Assembly (NCBI GenBank): GCA_951406725.2
Contig: OX597816.1
Location: 104,966,001-105,030,000 of the forward strand
Direction of reading: 5' to 3'
DNA: 64,000 bases
DNA from: Octopus vulgaris
Lineage: Eukaryota
The translations under genes were made by a program, and so were the position numbers. Under the pieces are notes generated by a model, which was not told where the DNA came from, did not search any database, and saw nothing but the letters and a program-made list of their open reading frames with translations. This document shows positions 1 to 13,347 of the stretch, piece after piece. Position 1 is the stretch's first letter. Every line of letters begins with the position of its first letter.

Positions 1-197
1 TATGTATGAATGTATATATGTATGTATATATGTATGTATCTAATGTAGGATAAAATTTTTTTCCCAAAACAATTTTATCAATGGCCAGCATATTGAAAAA
101 TATCTTTAAAGGTTAAATTTATAAACAATTCGTTTGCCCTTATTTATGAATTGTTTATATATGTATGTATGTATGTATGTATATATACATATATATA

Positions 198-330
198 ACT
201 TTTACTTGTTTTAGGCAGTAGCCTGTGGTCATGCTGGGGCACAGCGTATAGATTCTAGTACTTAATTCTTAAAACTGAAGCGCTAGATTACGCAGATGCG
301 TAAACCTACCAGCACCGACTGTCAAGTCGT
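198..330 (-). mobile_element. SINE family A, degenerate 3' half
   Basis: tttacttgtt...catgctggggcac...ccagcaccgactgtcaag resembles the reverse complement of the copy at 4903-5289. Confidence 0.6.
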
Positions 331-1162
331 GTGTGCACATGTATTGATATATACATAAATGTATACATTCATAGATTTTTAGGGTTTGAAGTAGAAGTCA
401 CATACAGTCACGCACACACAAACGCACATAAGTATTCATGTACCGACGTCTGTATGTATAGGCGTGTGTATGATTTTCTTGTAAGCATGCCGTATTAAGT
501 ACACATATGCTATAATGTTGCCTGGAAACTTTATGCAATTCATTTGGCCCTACCTTCCTTGTTTCTTGACTGTGTGATATGATCTGTGTTTCTGCCGCTT
601 TATAGTAGATGGATAAATACGGCTGAAGTTCACATCTCCGCAGGAATTTCAATTATTTACCGCTCGGTTTATTTGCCAGAGAGTTACCAGTTTATTTTAG
701 CTTCTGACCAGTGGATGTTATCTGTTACTTTCTTTCCTAATACTTATGTCTAAAAATGTCGTCGTTATAAATATTGACCGCATAATTCAGTATTCAATAC
801 GTAGCGAATCAATTTTGCCCGCAGATATAAAACAATTGTGAAATTACACCACTTACGAATTCTAATTGCTCAAAAGCACCAACGCACAAGATTGTTAAGA
901 ATCTAAGTAACATAATCAAACATGATAAAACGGAAAGATTCATTATAAGTTCATATAAAGAGTTTCAATGACTTTTATGAACTGCTGATAAAGTGGTTTT
1001 GTTGTTTTTCTTTAATTAGAGCTAGAAATTTTTGTTTTCATTTCATAATTTTGCTGAAGGGCAAGTTGAACCAGGTAATCGTGTGTTGGGGGTTGTGTTT
1101 GTGTGTGTGTGTGATAGAGAGACAGGGGGGTCTGTGTGTGTGTGAGGGGTTTATGTGTATGT

Positions 1163-1216
<54 letters not shown>

Positions 1217-1511
1217 TATCATTTTGAACCCTGTTGCTTACAACGAGAATTTCTTCCATGGCAAATTGCAGTGTGAATTGCTTTTTTTAATGGTCAGATA
1301 TGTTCCGAGCATATCAACTGATTTACACGTTTTATTTCACTGCTTTCACATCCTACAACATATTTTGTTCTAGCCCGACCGGCGTCGCACGTAATCAGTT
1401 GATAATTTGTACGGATTATTACAAGGGAGCCATCGTTTTCAGAGTAATTTCAGTACTGTCTCTGTTATGACAGTTGATGATAGTCAAATAGCTTGAAATG
1501 CATGCATCGTG

Positions 1512-1525
1512 CCAGCAGAGGGCGC
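1512..1525 (+). promoter_or_regulatory. CTCF-type binding motif
   Basis: CCAGCAGAGGGCGC matches the CTCF core consensus CCASYAGRKGGCRS exactly, in otherwise AT-rich DNA. Confidence 0.45.
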
Positions 1526-2381
1526 CGTGAGATGACTATAGGTTTTTTCTGACACCTATTGCCTAAAGCGAGAATTTTCTCCACGATAAATTGCAGTGAT
1601 AATGGCTTTTTTACAGCCCAAATATGTCGCAAACATATTTGAAATTATATAAAAGTGTGTTGTGTATGTATGTGTGCGTGTTTGTGTGAGCGTTTGTGTG
1701 TGTTTATATACGCACACTTACATACATGCAAATATATATATGTATACAAACATATATATGTATTTATGTGTGCATTTATGTATGCATTTATGCATATGTA
1801 TGTATGTATGCACGTATGTATGTATGTATGTTCAGACATGTTCCGTTTCTTACTGCTTCACACTAAAGCTATTCTCTATAGAAATACACTACATCTCATC
1901 TCACTTTATGTTCTCGGATAATCAGATTAACTATGCCTTATTCCTTTTAACATAACTTTAATTTCGTGATGCAATTTCATCTAACAAAGAATCCACAGAG
2001 AAATTCTTCCCTCTTTCATCGACAGCACTTTTATTGACTAGATCATGTAGCTGACAATTTGTCTCCTTTAGATTATAGCTTTAATTAGCATCATAATGGA
2101 CATTTTCTGTTAACCATCCTGAAATAGTAGATATCATTTTTTTTAAACATTTCCCTAAACACCAGATTTCTTAAAATGCTATATTCCAACGTAGGCAATG
2201 TCAACGGTAGAATAATTTCTAAAGTATTTTTATTATGCTGATGTACATTTTAAATTCTATTTATTAATTGGTGCACTCTTTAAATGCTAGGACGAATAAT
2301 TTCAAAAGAAAACAGGAATCTATATTTTCCGTTCAATTGGTTATGTTTCACTAGAATATTACACAATCCATTACGCTCTCT

Positions 2382-2537
2382 GGAACAGGTACAGCTGTAT
2401 GGCCAAGAACTTTGCATTGCATCCTCGGAGTTCAGTTCTGATACGTAAACCTTTGCAAATATCTTCTACTCTTTCTGTGGATTAACAACCACTTTGTAGA
2501 TGAAATTTAGTAGATGAAAATATGCAGAAAACTATTG
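2382..2537 (+). mobile_element. SINE family A, old degenerate 5' half
   Basis: gagttcagttc...cctttgcaaatatcttctact...atttagtagatgaaaa follows the family A head and body. Confidence 0.5.
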
Positions 2538-2749
2538 GGCGTAGGTGTGTTCGATAATGCTGAAGTAAATACAATCAATTAACTGCTCTTATACAGTGTA
2601 CTATATAAAGTTTATTACAAACTGGATGTTATTTCATTAATTTACACCAGTTATTTTCACCATCCCCCGTTACCTGAAAATACATGCTATGGTGAAGCTT
2701 ATAAGCTAATAATTATAATATATATATATATATATATATAAATAATAAA

Positions 2750-2973
2750 TGCGCCCTTTTAAAGCCTTCCCGGTTTCCATGGCGTATGTGATCCCAAGCT
2801 GGACGGGACGCCAGTCCATCGCAGCGTTACTCATTTTTGCCAACTGAGTGGACTGGAGCAACGTGAAATGAAGTGGTGTGCTCAAGAACACAACGCATCG
2901 CCTGGTTCAGGAATCGAAGCCACAATCTTACGATCATGATGCTGACACCCTAACCACTAAGCCACGCGCCTCC
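2750..2973 (-). mobile_element. tRNA-derived SINE family B
   Basis: Minus strand reads GGAGGCGCGTGGCTTAGTGG (A box)...GCTTCGATTCC (B box)...CTGCGATGGACTGGCGTCCCGTCCAG; related copies at 25655, 28070 and 40209. Confidence 0.85.
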
Positions 2974-2975
2974 AC

Positions 2976-3014
<39 letters not shown>

Positions 3015-3017
<3 letters not shown>

Positions 3018-3893
3018 GGTGCGATGGGTAAATTGTCGCCATTTTTATATTTTTAATTTCGCGCATGCGCATTGTTTGTTTTGAATTTTGTCGAGTACAC
3101 AATATAGTAGGGACAGTTGGGCACCGTCTGTGAGCAAAACACCACCATGACGCAATTCACTCTGCCAGAAATTTTAGAAACAACGTACCGTGCTGTACTG
3201 CTTGGCATTCGCGTCAACGGATCCAATACGAACATTTCAGAGTGTTTGGGTGTCAACCTGAGGCCAGTGCAATCATGTACCAAGATTGATGAAAATCAAA
3301 TATCCATTCAACATCATGGTGTTTTGAATGATCACTAATGACAGCGATGTTATGCCTCCATTCCTTTTCTCACACAGCCTCAGACTCAGCACGGAGTCCT
3401 ACACCAAGTGCTTGGAGGAGGTGGTGCTGCCCTCGGTCAAGAGGGTAGCTACTGGAAAACCCTATGTCTGGAAACAGGACTCTGCACCATGCTACACAAG
3501 CAGGAGAACCAAGTAATGTCTGTCAGACAATTTCTGCGACCACATCACACCTAAAATCTGGCCACCCAACTCCCCAGATTTCAACCTCCTTGATTACTAT
3601 GTGTGGGGCGCAGTTGAGCGGGAGACCAACAAAACTCCTTGTAACACCAAAGATGAACTGAAGGCAAGGATTATGGCAGCATTCACCAGCTTAAACAAAG
3701 AGACCGTCCAGTAGAGTTGCAGCAGATTTCGAAGTCGTCTGGACGCCGGAGTTGAATCCAATGGCGATTTTATTGAATAAATTTACTCTTTAGTAAGATG
3801 TTTTTAGGTAATTTTGGTAAATATATGTTAAAATGAGATGTCAGTGCTATTTTTATTTTTGCGTAATTCAGACAATATATTCACCGCACTCTG
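3015..3893 (+). mobile_element. Tc1/mariner-superfamily DD37D (maT-type) transposon, internally deleted, pseudogenised transposase
   Basis: Imperfect TIRs CAGGGTGCGATGGGTAAATTGTC / GACAATATATTCACCGCACTCTG with TA on both sides. Translation WKQDSAP...WPPNSPDFNLLDYYVWG has 37 residues between the last two Asp; in-frame stops present. Confidence 0.9.
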
Positions 3894-3906
3894 TATGTAT
3901 ATATCA

Positions 3907-4765
3907 CAAACAGAGCGAAAAAGCATTCGGCAACGTCAATATGTTTATGATTCTAAAAAGGGCAGGGATACCATTAAAGATAACATCGGCAGTTAGATGT
4001 CAAACAGCAGATGCCATTATGTCCTTGTTGATGTAAAATAGACTCCTGTCTTCATACTTTAGAGTGGAATTCAGCAAAGTGATATCTTGGTATCTTATTT
4101 GTTTTGGGCGGTTATGGATCATGTGATAAAAGCTACAACCCATACAAAAGATGGACTTCGTATATCAGAGTCACATAAGTTAACCTATCTTATATTTGCA
4201 GGTGATATTGTTCTCTTTGCTCCCACCCTCATAGAAGCAAAAGACTAATTGGATTGCGTCATGCGAGAAGCAAAGACAGTGGGGCTAGAAATAAACGAAT
4301 CGAAGACAGAGTACATCACTATTAATATAAACACAGACGAAACAACAGGCGTTATGGCAAATGGAAAGCAGTCATCCAGGGTTGATAAATTCACTTACCT
4401 TGGATCGACTGTAACTGATTTCTCTCACAAATCAAACAGTGACATTATAGACAGGGGAACTGCATACGGTGCAACATCGCAGCTTCAACACCTCTGATTG
4501 TCTGACATCAACCCAACAATGAAGATAAAGATGTCTTCCGATTTTTACGTATGGATGCATAATACGAATCGGCAAAGGGCTATATTGAACACTTTTCACA
4601 CAAAGAACCTGAGGGATATATATCAGATATCTTTCAACGACCACGTTTCCAATGATGCATTGTAACAAATGGCTGACGAAAAGCACATGAGCACAAGGAT
4701 AAAGCAACGCCGACTGATATGGTTTGGGCACCAACTACGACACCCACCTAATGAATGCTAACAAC
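3907..4765 (+). mobile_element. RTE-clade LINE reverse transcriptase fragment (decayed)
   Basis: SGIQQSDIL..LF, LIFAGDIVLFA (decayed YADD), GLEINESKTE, VDKFTYLGS, RLIWFGH. Confidence 0.85.
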
Positions 4766-4902
4766 AGTACCTGTTACTTAGAACCATATAAACAACTTAC
4801 CACCCATTTTTTTCCTATTATTCATATTTGTCTTGAGTTTTTAATAATTAATATATATATATATATACATATCCCGGACGAGCCCCAATATAATTGTTTA
4901 TA

Positions 4903-5289
4903 GGCGCAGCAGCGGCGGTGTGGTAAGAAGCTTGCTTCCCAACCACACGGTTCCGGGTTCAGTCCCACTGCGTAGCTCCTTGGGCAACTGTCTTCTACTA
5001 TAGCCTTGTGAGTGGATTTAGTAGATGGAAACTGAAAAACACCCGTCGTATGTGTGTGTTTGTGTCTGTGTGTGTGTGTCTGTCTGTCTCTGTTTGTTCC
5101 CCACTACCGCTTGACAATCGGTGTTGGTGTGTTTATATCCTCGTAACTTTGCGCTTCGGCAAAAGAAACTGATAGCATATGTACCAGGCTTAAAATATAA
5201 AGGAAGTACTGGGGTCGATTAATTCGACTAAAATTCTTCAAGGCGGTTTCCCAGCATGGCTGCAGTCTAATGACTGGAACAAGCAAAAA
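4903..5289 (+). mobile_element. tRNA-derived SINE family A, full length, internal (TG)n
   Basis: A-box-like TGTGGTAAG, B box GGTTCAGTCCC, CORE-like CCTTGGGCAA segment and tail GGCGGTTTCCCAGCATGGCTGCAG; many copies in the window. Confidence 0.9.
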
Positions 5290-5521
5290 TATACATACAT
5301 GTGTGCGTGTGTGTGTGTGTGTGTAATATAAACAGGTTCCAAGGAAAAAATACTACATGTGGTATAAATAGATGGAAAGTAAGAAGTAACAAAGAAAATG
5401 CACACTAGGTATAAAAGTAATGGCTTTTTTTTATATAAAAACAAAGATATATACATACAAATAGATGATTTGAGGTGGAAATAAGAAGTCTAAAAATCAT
5501 TATCATGAGTCAATATAGAAA

Positions 5522-5554
5522 GTCATACCGGTTTCGTCATCACTGTTCACTAAC
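5522..5554 (-). ncRNA. Minimal type I hammerhead-ribozyme-like motif, G3-C8 core
   Basis: GUUA-GUGAACA-GU(GAUG)AC-GAAA-CCGG-UA-UGAC; lies downstream of a PLE ORF in the same orientation. Confidence 0.6.
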
Positions 5555-6760
5555 TTTGAATCAACACCGATTTCCAAATGGTGTTGGGTCTAATAGTACC
5601 TGAGTGAAAAGAATGCATGCAAGGGAAGTAAGCAGTTCTGAAAATGATGCAATTGGGTTAGTACGATTAATAGCGCATGAATGGTATATGGGATGTATGA
5701 GGATTAGTAGGGTTATTGGTATTAGTAAGGTTAGTAGTGTTCTGTATTAAGTTGTGTGTGCATGTTAAATTGTGGATGATATTTATTAATGAAAGTTGCC
5801 CCTTTATTAGGTCTTTGCTGCGCTGAGGTGTTCTGGGAACATTGATAAAACGGGAAAATTAGGAAGTTTGGTTTAAGGATCCTAACACATCTATCTGTGT
5901 GCTCACTTACCTGTATCTGTCTACAATGTGTGAAGTGGATTTGTTATTTATGAAGCGTTGTTCTTCGTCTGAGAGACATTCGTGTTTGTTTTATATAGTG
6001 GTTTCTGCAACCTAAGCAGGTAATAACATAGATTAGGTTTTCAGAGGCACAAGTGAAATTTGACTCTATCTTAAGTATTTCACCTTGTTTGAAGTGAAAT
6101 TCTTACCCTTCAAAGTTAGGTCGCCCGCATTTTTCCACTTTTGGTTCCAATGTTAAGGGATATAGTCTTGCACCGCTTAATATTTTCTTCAATGATTTCG
6201 GTTGCATTTTGCTTTCGATAATTTTATGTGAGCTCAAAATTTCGTTCCTTGTTTTATCTCCAGTGAGAATGGGTAGGTTTTGGATGATGGTGTTGAATGT
6301 CTTATTGTTTCTTGGATTATGAGTGGAGATGTATGGGAGTACTTTTAAATTTGGTGGAGTATTTCGGTTAACTTCCCTTAATGTGTGTATGTCTAGTTCC
6401 TTTACTCGTTTAATACCATCATCTACTGATGCTGTTGGGTAATATCTCTTGATTAGTGTTGATTTAAGTTCACGGAGTCTTGCTTCCGAAACTATGGTAC
6501 AAATTCTTTTCGCTAGATTATAAGATATATTAATTTTTATGTGTTTGGGTTGGCATGAGTTGAATACTAGGTATTGTTTTCAATCTGTGGTTTTATAAAA
6601 GATATCCGTTTCGATATGGTTATTGAGTATTTTAATTAGGATATCAGGAAAAGGAAGTTGTTTATTGCTGTGTTCCATGGTTAATTGTATGTTGTTATTG
6701 ATATAGTTGAGCATTATTTTGAAATCGAGGAGTTTGTCCATGCTAACGTTCCTAAGTATA
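5522..6760 (-). mobile_element. Penelope-like element, 3' part (RT thumb to GIY-YIG, decayed)
   Basis: Minus-strand translation LPFPDILIKILNNHIETDIFYKTTD..YLVFNSCQPKHIKINISYNLAKRICTIVS parallels the ORF at 46836-47396. Confidence 0.85.
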
Positions 6761-7470
6761 ACGCAATCACTGAAGTACTACTTTATACTTTGGAATGATA
6801 GCATGGATAAACACCCCGATTTCAAAATAAAACTCAATAATATTAATAGCAACATATAGTTCACCATGGGACACAATCTACAGTGAGAAATTTTCTCTGT
6901 GACAAAATACAGTGAATGGCTTTCTTACGGGTTTGGATATGTTCCAAGCCATTTCGGACTAATAATTGACTTGTATTTATACACAACACTGCTTAGTTCT
7001 TTTATTTCGTATACAAAAATAGTTATTTATTTATGTAGACAATAATCATACTAGAGCAGAATGGTAACATAAATACAGAAATAACATGCACTACTTTACA
7101 AAATTAAACAACTGACTGTTGATGTGACATCCACTTGACTGTGTCTAATATAAGAACCATGAACGCATGCCGAAATCACTTCCGCTTGAAAATTAGGTCT
7201 TAAGAGACTAGAAAAATTGATGATAGAAGTAAGACATTAACAATTTTATAGAAACAGCAATCATTTTGAACAAATTTGAAGGAAAAGAAGACCTTAACTG
7301 AAATAACAATAATATTAGAATACAATCATGTATGAACGACGAGTCAAATAGAAAAAAAAACTGATTCCCATACAAATATTTATACACAAACACACGCACG
7401 CACATATCTATGTAAATATACGTCTATATTCGTATGTGTGTGTGTGTGTGTGTGTAAATACACATGAACT

Positions 7471-7515
<45 letters not shown>

Positions 7516-7599
7516 GTATATGTATATAGTGTATCATCATGTGTTAAATATTTAGACTGACTAAATTAGAGATGCATTACTTGAAGTTTCACAAACAAA

Positions 7600-8549
7600 A
7601 CTAATATCTAATAGTTCAAATTCTTATTTCTGACAGACAGGCAAAGCAGTTGCAGCTTTTGCATGAAAAGATGTGAGATCGGTACAGACGACCTAGGAGT
7701 GTCTCATCATATCACCAAGAGAAATGAGTACATCACACGTATACACTACGAAATTAATATCATGAAATTAGAGAAATAATTAAACAGATACTCTAAGCGT
7801 ACAGCTCTCAGCTGAATTTAGGGTGACTAGACTAACCTACTTTATCGACACTGGGAAAGCATCATTCCAGCACAAAAGTATGCATGGGTATACATCGTGC
7901 AAGCAAGAACATGCCGACACCATTAACAAAAATAATGGCTTTTTATGAACCTGCGATAGATTCTCCACATTTCCCTTTTGCTAACCAAGACAAGAGGTAT
8001 CTTCCCATTGTGATCGAAAATGTTGACTTTGCCATATCAGTATGGAAGACATCACTCTTTTCAACAGCTCTCCAAAAATCTCCACAAGATACTAGGTATA
8101 AAAGTAATGGCTTTTTTCTCATGAGACATGATATTGTCGCTAAAATTGTCCACAGTATAGGAAGATTTGTCCTGGTGGCCTTACTAAAGCAACCACAATG
8201 TATGCAGACTTTTAGAAAAAAAGAATACTAGTTGAATGTTCCCCTAAAAGCAGCAACACGGTGTAATCACAGAAGGTCATATATTGTTCAATGGAGCAGA
8301 GAGCAACCATCTGTTGTGGAGATCATTTGTTCAGCAGATGTGAATGTCACGTCAAACATCAGAGACAAACAGGACAACTTAAGAAAACTGAGAAGAAACT
8401 TACAGCTACTATATCCAAGCTATAGATTTTCATTTGTTCTTAATATGCAAAATCAAAAAGAACTGAGCCGATTGATTCGCATTCTTGAAATACAGTTAAT
8501 TAGTGGTACAGTAAAAAATTCCAAAACTTTCTACAGATTCTACAGTTGA
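7600..8549 (+). mobile_element. RLE-type non-LTR retrotransposon, decayed C-terminus
   Basis: RHDIVAK, CNHRRSYIVQW, VVEIICSADVNV; same family as 53700-54690. 5' limit is uncertain. Confidence 0.65.
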
Positions 8550-9046
8550 GGTTCCTAAGCTGAACACATACACATAATCACATCTACATACAGAGTGCAT
8601 ACAACCACATTAACACTAATGAGGCACATACACATGTGCATTTGAGTGCCGTGCCATGCACACCTAATATATGAGTGGAAGTTTATCCCCAGCATATGTA
8701 TGAATACACCAACTAATTCAGTTATCCATAAACTCAAAGAGCTGTCATGAAATAAACAAATAAAGAGCCTTGTCACTTCGTTAGTGATAACGAAGCGACA
8801 AGGCTCTATTTTGCTTATTTGAATTCTACAAAGTAAAAATAGTTGGGTAAACATACATATTGTATTTATTAATGAAATGATTCTTGACAGCCAGTCGGAA
8901 TGTTTTACTTACAGATTAAGCTGTAAGCTCTCAGGAATCAGTTCTTTAATAAATAATTATTAACACCGTTTTGAGTTCTTTGTATGAAAGTGATTTATAG
9001 TTAATAACTAAACTTTCAAATGCAATATGTATATACACATACATAA

Positions 9047-9117
<71 letters not shown>

Positions 9118-9254
9118 TATCTATGTATAAATACATGCATTTATGTCTATGTATATATGTATGTATACATAGATATAAATATATACATACATATATATAT
9201 ATATATCTGTGTGTGTGTATTATGTATGTACGCATACATATATCTATATAACTA

Positions 9255-10149
9255 CCAGGTGTGTTCAAAAAGTATCCAGCATATTTTTCCCCGCCAAACC
9301 TAATGCCGCATGAGCAAAATCATTCGTGTGGAAGGTGATGCCACCCTTTTCGTGCCCGGTAGAAAATTTTCGCGCCGGTAGGCCGCGTCACTTCGCTGCT
9401 GTTACGCCTAGAGTACAGACGTGCATCGCGCGCCTGTTAGATTTTCATTTTCACGCCACGTGACCGAGTGCATCGAGCAGAAACTATAAACCAACATCTC
9501 ATCACCATTAATGATGGTCTTCACGAAGGCTGGTTCATGATTTACACAGTCCAGTATATCCAGTGCGACTTCCATGTTGTGTTGGTTCTGCTGCTCTGCC
9601 AGCAACATGGGGACGAATTACGCCGACACTCCCCGCATGCGCAAATCCTCTGTTGAATCAGAATGCACTGATCTTCTGTTCATTCTCGCTTCGTTAGCTA
9701 TTTCCTGGATTGTTACACGGCGGTCTTCTTTCGCAATCGGCTCCTCGTTTAGGCTTGTGGATGGCTTACTTAAGCGTGCCTCGTTCTCCATTGAGCAGCG
9801 GCTATTTTTAAAGTGGTTGTTCCACTCTTTGATCTAAGTTTTGCCTATGGCATCATCGCCAAAGGTCTGCTGACTCTTTGGGTGGCTGAGCTTGAGTATC
9901 ATCAAGCTTTTGACAAAACTTGATGCAATCTCTCTGCTCAGTTTGTTCTGTGAAAATGATAATCCGAAGAGCGCACACCCCATGTCCGTACTCTAAGCAT
10001 AACATCAGGGAACGTGCACGGCCTACTGGCTCGAAAGTTTTCACGCATGCTCAGAAAGGTTGGTGTCACCTCCGACCCAAAGGATATTGCCCATTCAGAT
10101 TTAGTGTTGGTGGAAAAAAAATTGTCAGATACTTTTTGAACGCACCTCG
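9255..10149 (-). mobile_element. mariner-derived non-autonomous element with long (~220 bp) inverted arms
   Basis: TIRs CCAGGTGTGTTCAAAAAGTATC / GATACTTTTTGAACGCACCTCG with TA on both sides. Minus-strand EQRDCIKFCQKL...EDRRVTIQEIA...FVPMLL...IINGDE is the N-terminal half of a mariner transposase. Confidence 0.9.
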
Positions 10150-11344
10150 TACACACTAGTTTATCCCAGCGGCATATGAGCTCATCTTTGAATATAAAGA
10201 ACAGCAGTGTTCTGTTCGTATCTTTGAAGCTGTATGCACATAAGTATCGTGTACTGAAACCAATATATACCCTTTTCTGATTTACAAGTATGATTCTTAA
10301 AAGTTTAGTGCGATCACAGACTGAGGAGACGATTTTCTCTCTGAACCCTCTACTAGGCTGTTTCAACATGGAGCATTTATAACCAATAATAAATCCGAAC
10401 TAAATTGAAACTAATGATAAAGATATGCTAAATACATGGGCTTGAAACCCCGTGTTTTTTGTGGGGGAGAGGTTCCTGTCATTATTGATGTGCTCATATG
10501 CAGTAGCACATCTCAGACAGCACAGGACTTCGAACGATCACGCAACAGTGGGCGTTAAATGTCATTAAGAATAAGATCCAAAACCTAAACCCTAAAATTG
10601 TTGCCATACGTACATACACACACACATACATACATACATACATACATACATACATACATACATACATACATACATACATACATACATTGCCTTCGTCGTG
10701 TTAACAAGTTGATTTTATGGATGAGAAGCTTAGCATATTCATGCTGTCGAGGGATAGGAAAATCTTTCAGCGACACATCTATATGTAGATTCCCCCATCA
10801 TTGCAAGGTTAATGAGTAGAGCAGAATACAGGTGTGGTGTAATATATGGATTAATAGAATCGTGTGACTATCACAGAAAGCTCCTCTAACGAACTCGGCT
10901 AACAAACCACATAGTAATCCACTACAGATGACTATAATGCAGAATTACCTGCAACTGAAATACAGGAGATCCAATTGATAATTTTTTTACATGGGGAGTA
11001 TATCAACCAAAAGAGTCAGGAAGTATGAGAGGTGAATGTATTTGTTTAACCAATTGCCAACCTTAGCAATACGGCCGTTTAACATCCTTCATCATGTAAT
11101 AATAATTTCAGTGTATAATGACTTATGTTCACATGTTTGCACTAATATGCATGCAACGCATTCTACAATACATTTGTATAGTAACAAACCGGTACAGGTA
11201 AGAAAGCTAGCTCATCAGATCACGAGAACATGGTTACATCAACTATACAACACAAAGTATACATAGAAACTTTTCTCTTTATATATACAATGTATGGAAT
11301 ACCGTAACTATGAAAGAACATATGTTTATTTTTACTGACTATAC

Positions 11345-11491
11345 CAGTGGTTCCCAACCTGTGGTCTGCAAAGGTAGTACTGGGGATCCGTGAAAACGTT
11401 AATATGGCAGACCTTTCAATATCCTGAGGTCCATGGTAAAATTCACTTAAATAAAAGGGATCCTTGGTTGTGAAAGGTTTGAGAACCACTG
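11345..11491. mobile_element. hAT (Charlie-type) MITE
   Basis: TIRs CAGTGGTTCCCAACCT / AGGTTTGAGAACCACTG; 8-bp TSD gactatac/gacaatac (7/8). Confidence 0.85.
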
Positions 11492-11789
11492 GACAATACC
11501 AAGCTAATCTTATCTAGTCTTCATCTCCCATAGATTGTACATACAAAGCGAAACTTTTTCCTTCTCCTAATGAGATGTCTTAACAAAGATTAAGGATCTT
11601 TCACAAATGTTGGATGATCATTGACAATACTGAATTTATTTGCCCTTTAACAAGTCTTCTTTTTGTCCTGCAGAGTGTCCAACAAAAGCACTACTCTTGG
11701 ATGGGGTTACCGGCTTAGTGGCTGACAGTGCGACTGTTCAATAAGTTAAACTGTGTTACATATTTCCTTTAGCTCTAAGAATGATTTGT

Positions 11790-12171
11790 GATGTATGTAT
11801 GCATGTATGAATACATGTACGTATGTATGTATGAATGCATGCATGTATGTATGTATGTATGTATGTATGTATGTATGTATGTATGTATGTATGTATGTAT
11901 GTATGTATGTATGTATGTATGTATGTATGTATGCATGCATGCATATATTTACAAGGAAACAGTTCACGGTGACTTCAGTTCCAATTCAATCGCTTTCATC
12001 GGATTGAAAAGAATCTGAAGCGAAATTTCGAAGTCACTGTGAAGCTTTTTTCCTGTAATAATGTTATTGCTCATTTACAGAAATATAAGCAATATACTTT
12101 GATTGATTGATTGATTGATTGATTGATAGAGAGATAGACAGACAGACAGACAGATAGAGATAGATAGATAA

Positions 12172-12252
<81 letters not shown>

Positions 12253-12310
12253 CAGAGATAGATAGACAGAGAGATGGATGGATGGACGGACGGGTGGACA
12301 GACAGTCAGG
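11790..12310. repeat. (TATG)n tract and compound (GATT/GACA/GATA/GATG)n tract
   Basis: Direct reading. Confidence 0.95.
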
Positions 12311-12689
12311 TAGATATATGCACTCATTGGCACACGACATCACTATGTATATATATATGTGAGTGTATGTGTGTATGCATCTATATATATATGTGTGTGT
12401 GTGTATCTATATGTATGTGTGCGAATATATATACATATACGTAAATACAAACATGGATGCATATTACATGCATAATATTTGTACGTTTATATGTGCATGT
12501 GTGCATATATTAACACATTTATATAAATATGCGTATACATAAGTATATTCATACATATACGTGTGTGAGTGTATATATATATATATATATGTACAATTAT
12601 ATATAAATGTTTGTATATATATATATATATATATACATACATACATACTGATGTATACATAGATTTTTTTCTTTTTTTTTATTCTTTTT

Positions 12690-13118
12690 TGCTTGTTTCA
12701 GTCATTTGCTGGAGCACCGGATTTAGTCGAGCAAATCGACCCCAGAACTTATTCTTTATAAGCCTAGTACTTATTCTATCGGTCTCTTTGCCGAACCCGT
12801 AAGTTACGGGGACGTAAACACACCACCATCTGTTGTCAAGCTATGTTGGGGAGACAAACGCAGACACACAAACATACACACACTCACACACACACACACA
12901 AACATACACACACACACAAACATACACACACACACACAAACATATATATATATTTATATATACGACGGGCTTCTTGCAGTTTCCGTCTACCAAATCCACT
13001 CACGAGGCATTGGTCGGCCCGAAGCTATAGTAGAAGATACTTGCCCAAGGTGTCACGCAGTGGGACTGAATCCGGAACCATGTAGTTGGTAAACAAGCTA
13101 CTTACCACACAGCCACTC
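12690..13118 (-). mobile_element. SINE family A, near full length, internal (CA)n/(TA)n
   Basis: Reverse complement of 4903-5289. Confidence 0.9.
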
Positions 13119-13215
13119 GTATATATACTCGTATGAATGTGTGCGTGTGTATTAGTGTGCATAGACACATTCATATGATTATGTACAAACACATATACAC
13201 ATAATGTTATGTAGC

Positions 13216-13257
<42 letters not shown>

Positions 13258-13282
13258 TGACAGACAGACTAGACAGATGGAC

Positions 13283-13347
<65 letters not shown>

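Noticed and set aside
398-652. 84-aa minus ORF with a possible donor site
   Set aside because: No recognisable homology; stops in all frames just upstream
1555-1640. Minus-strand peptide MFATYLGCKKAIITAIYRGENSR, reminiscent of a death-domain helix
   Set aside because: Stop codon follows within a few codons, there is no clear splice acceptor, and the reading frame is not kept in the other repeat copy checked (1242-1313)
4903-4975. tRNA genes (also at 2900-2973, 40209 and 39684)
   Set aside because: A/B boxes run straight into multicopy SINE bodies; no complete cloverleaf seen
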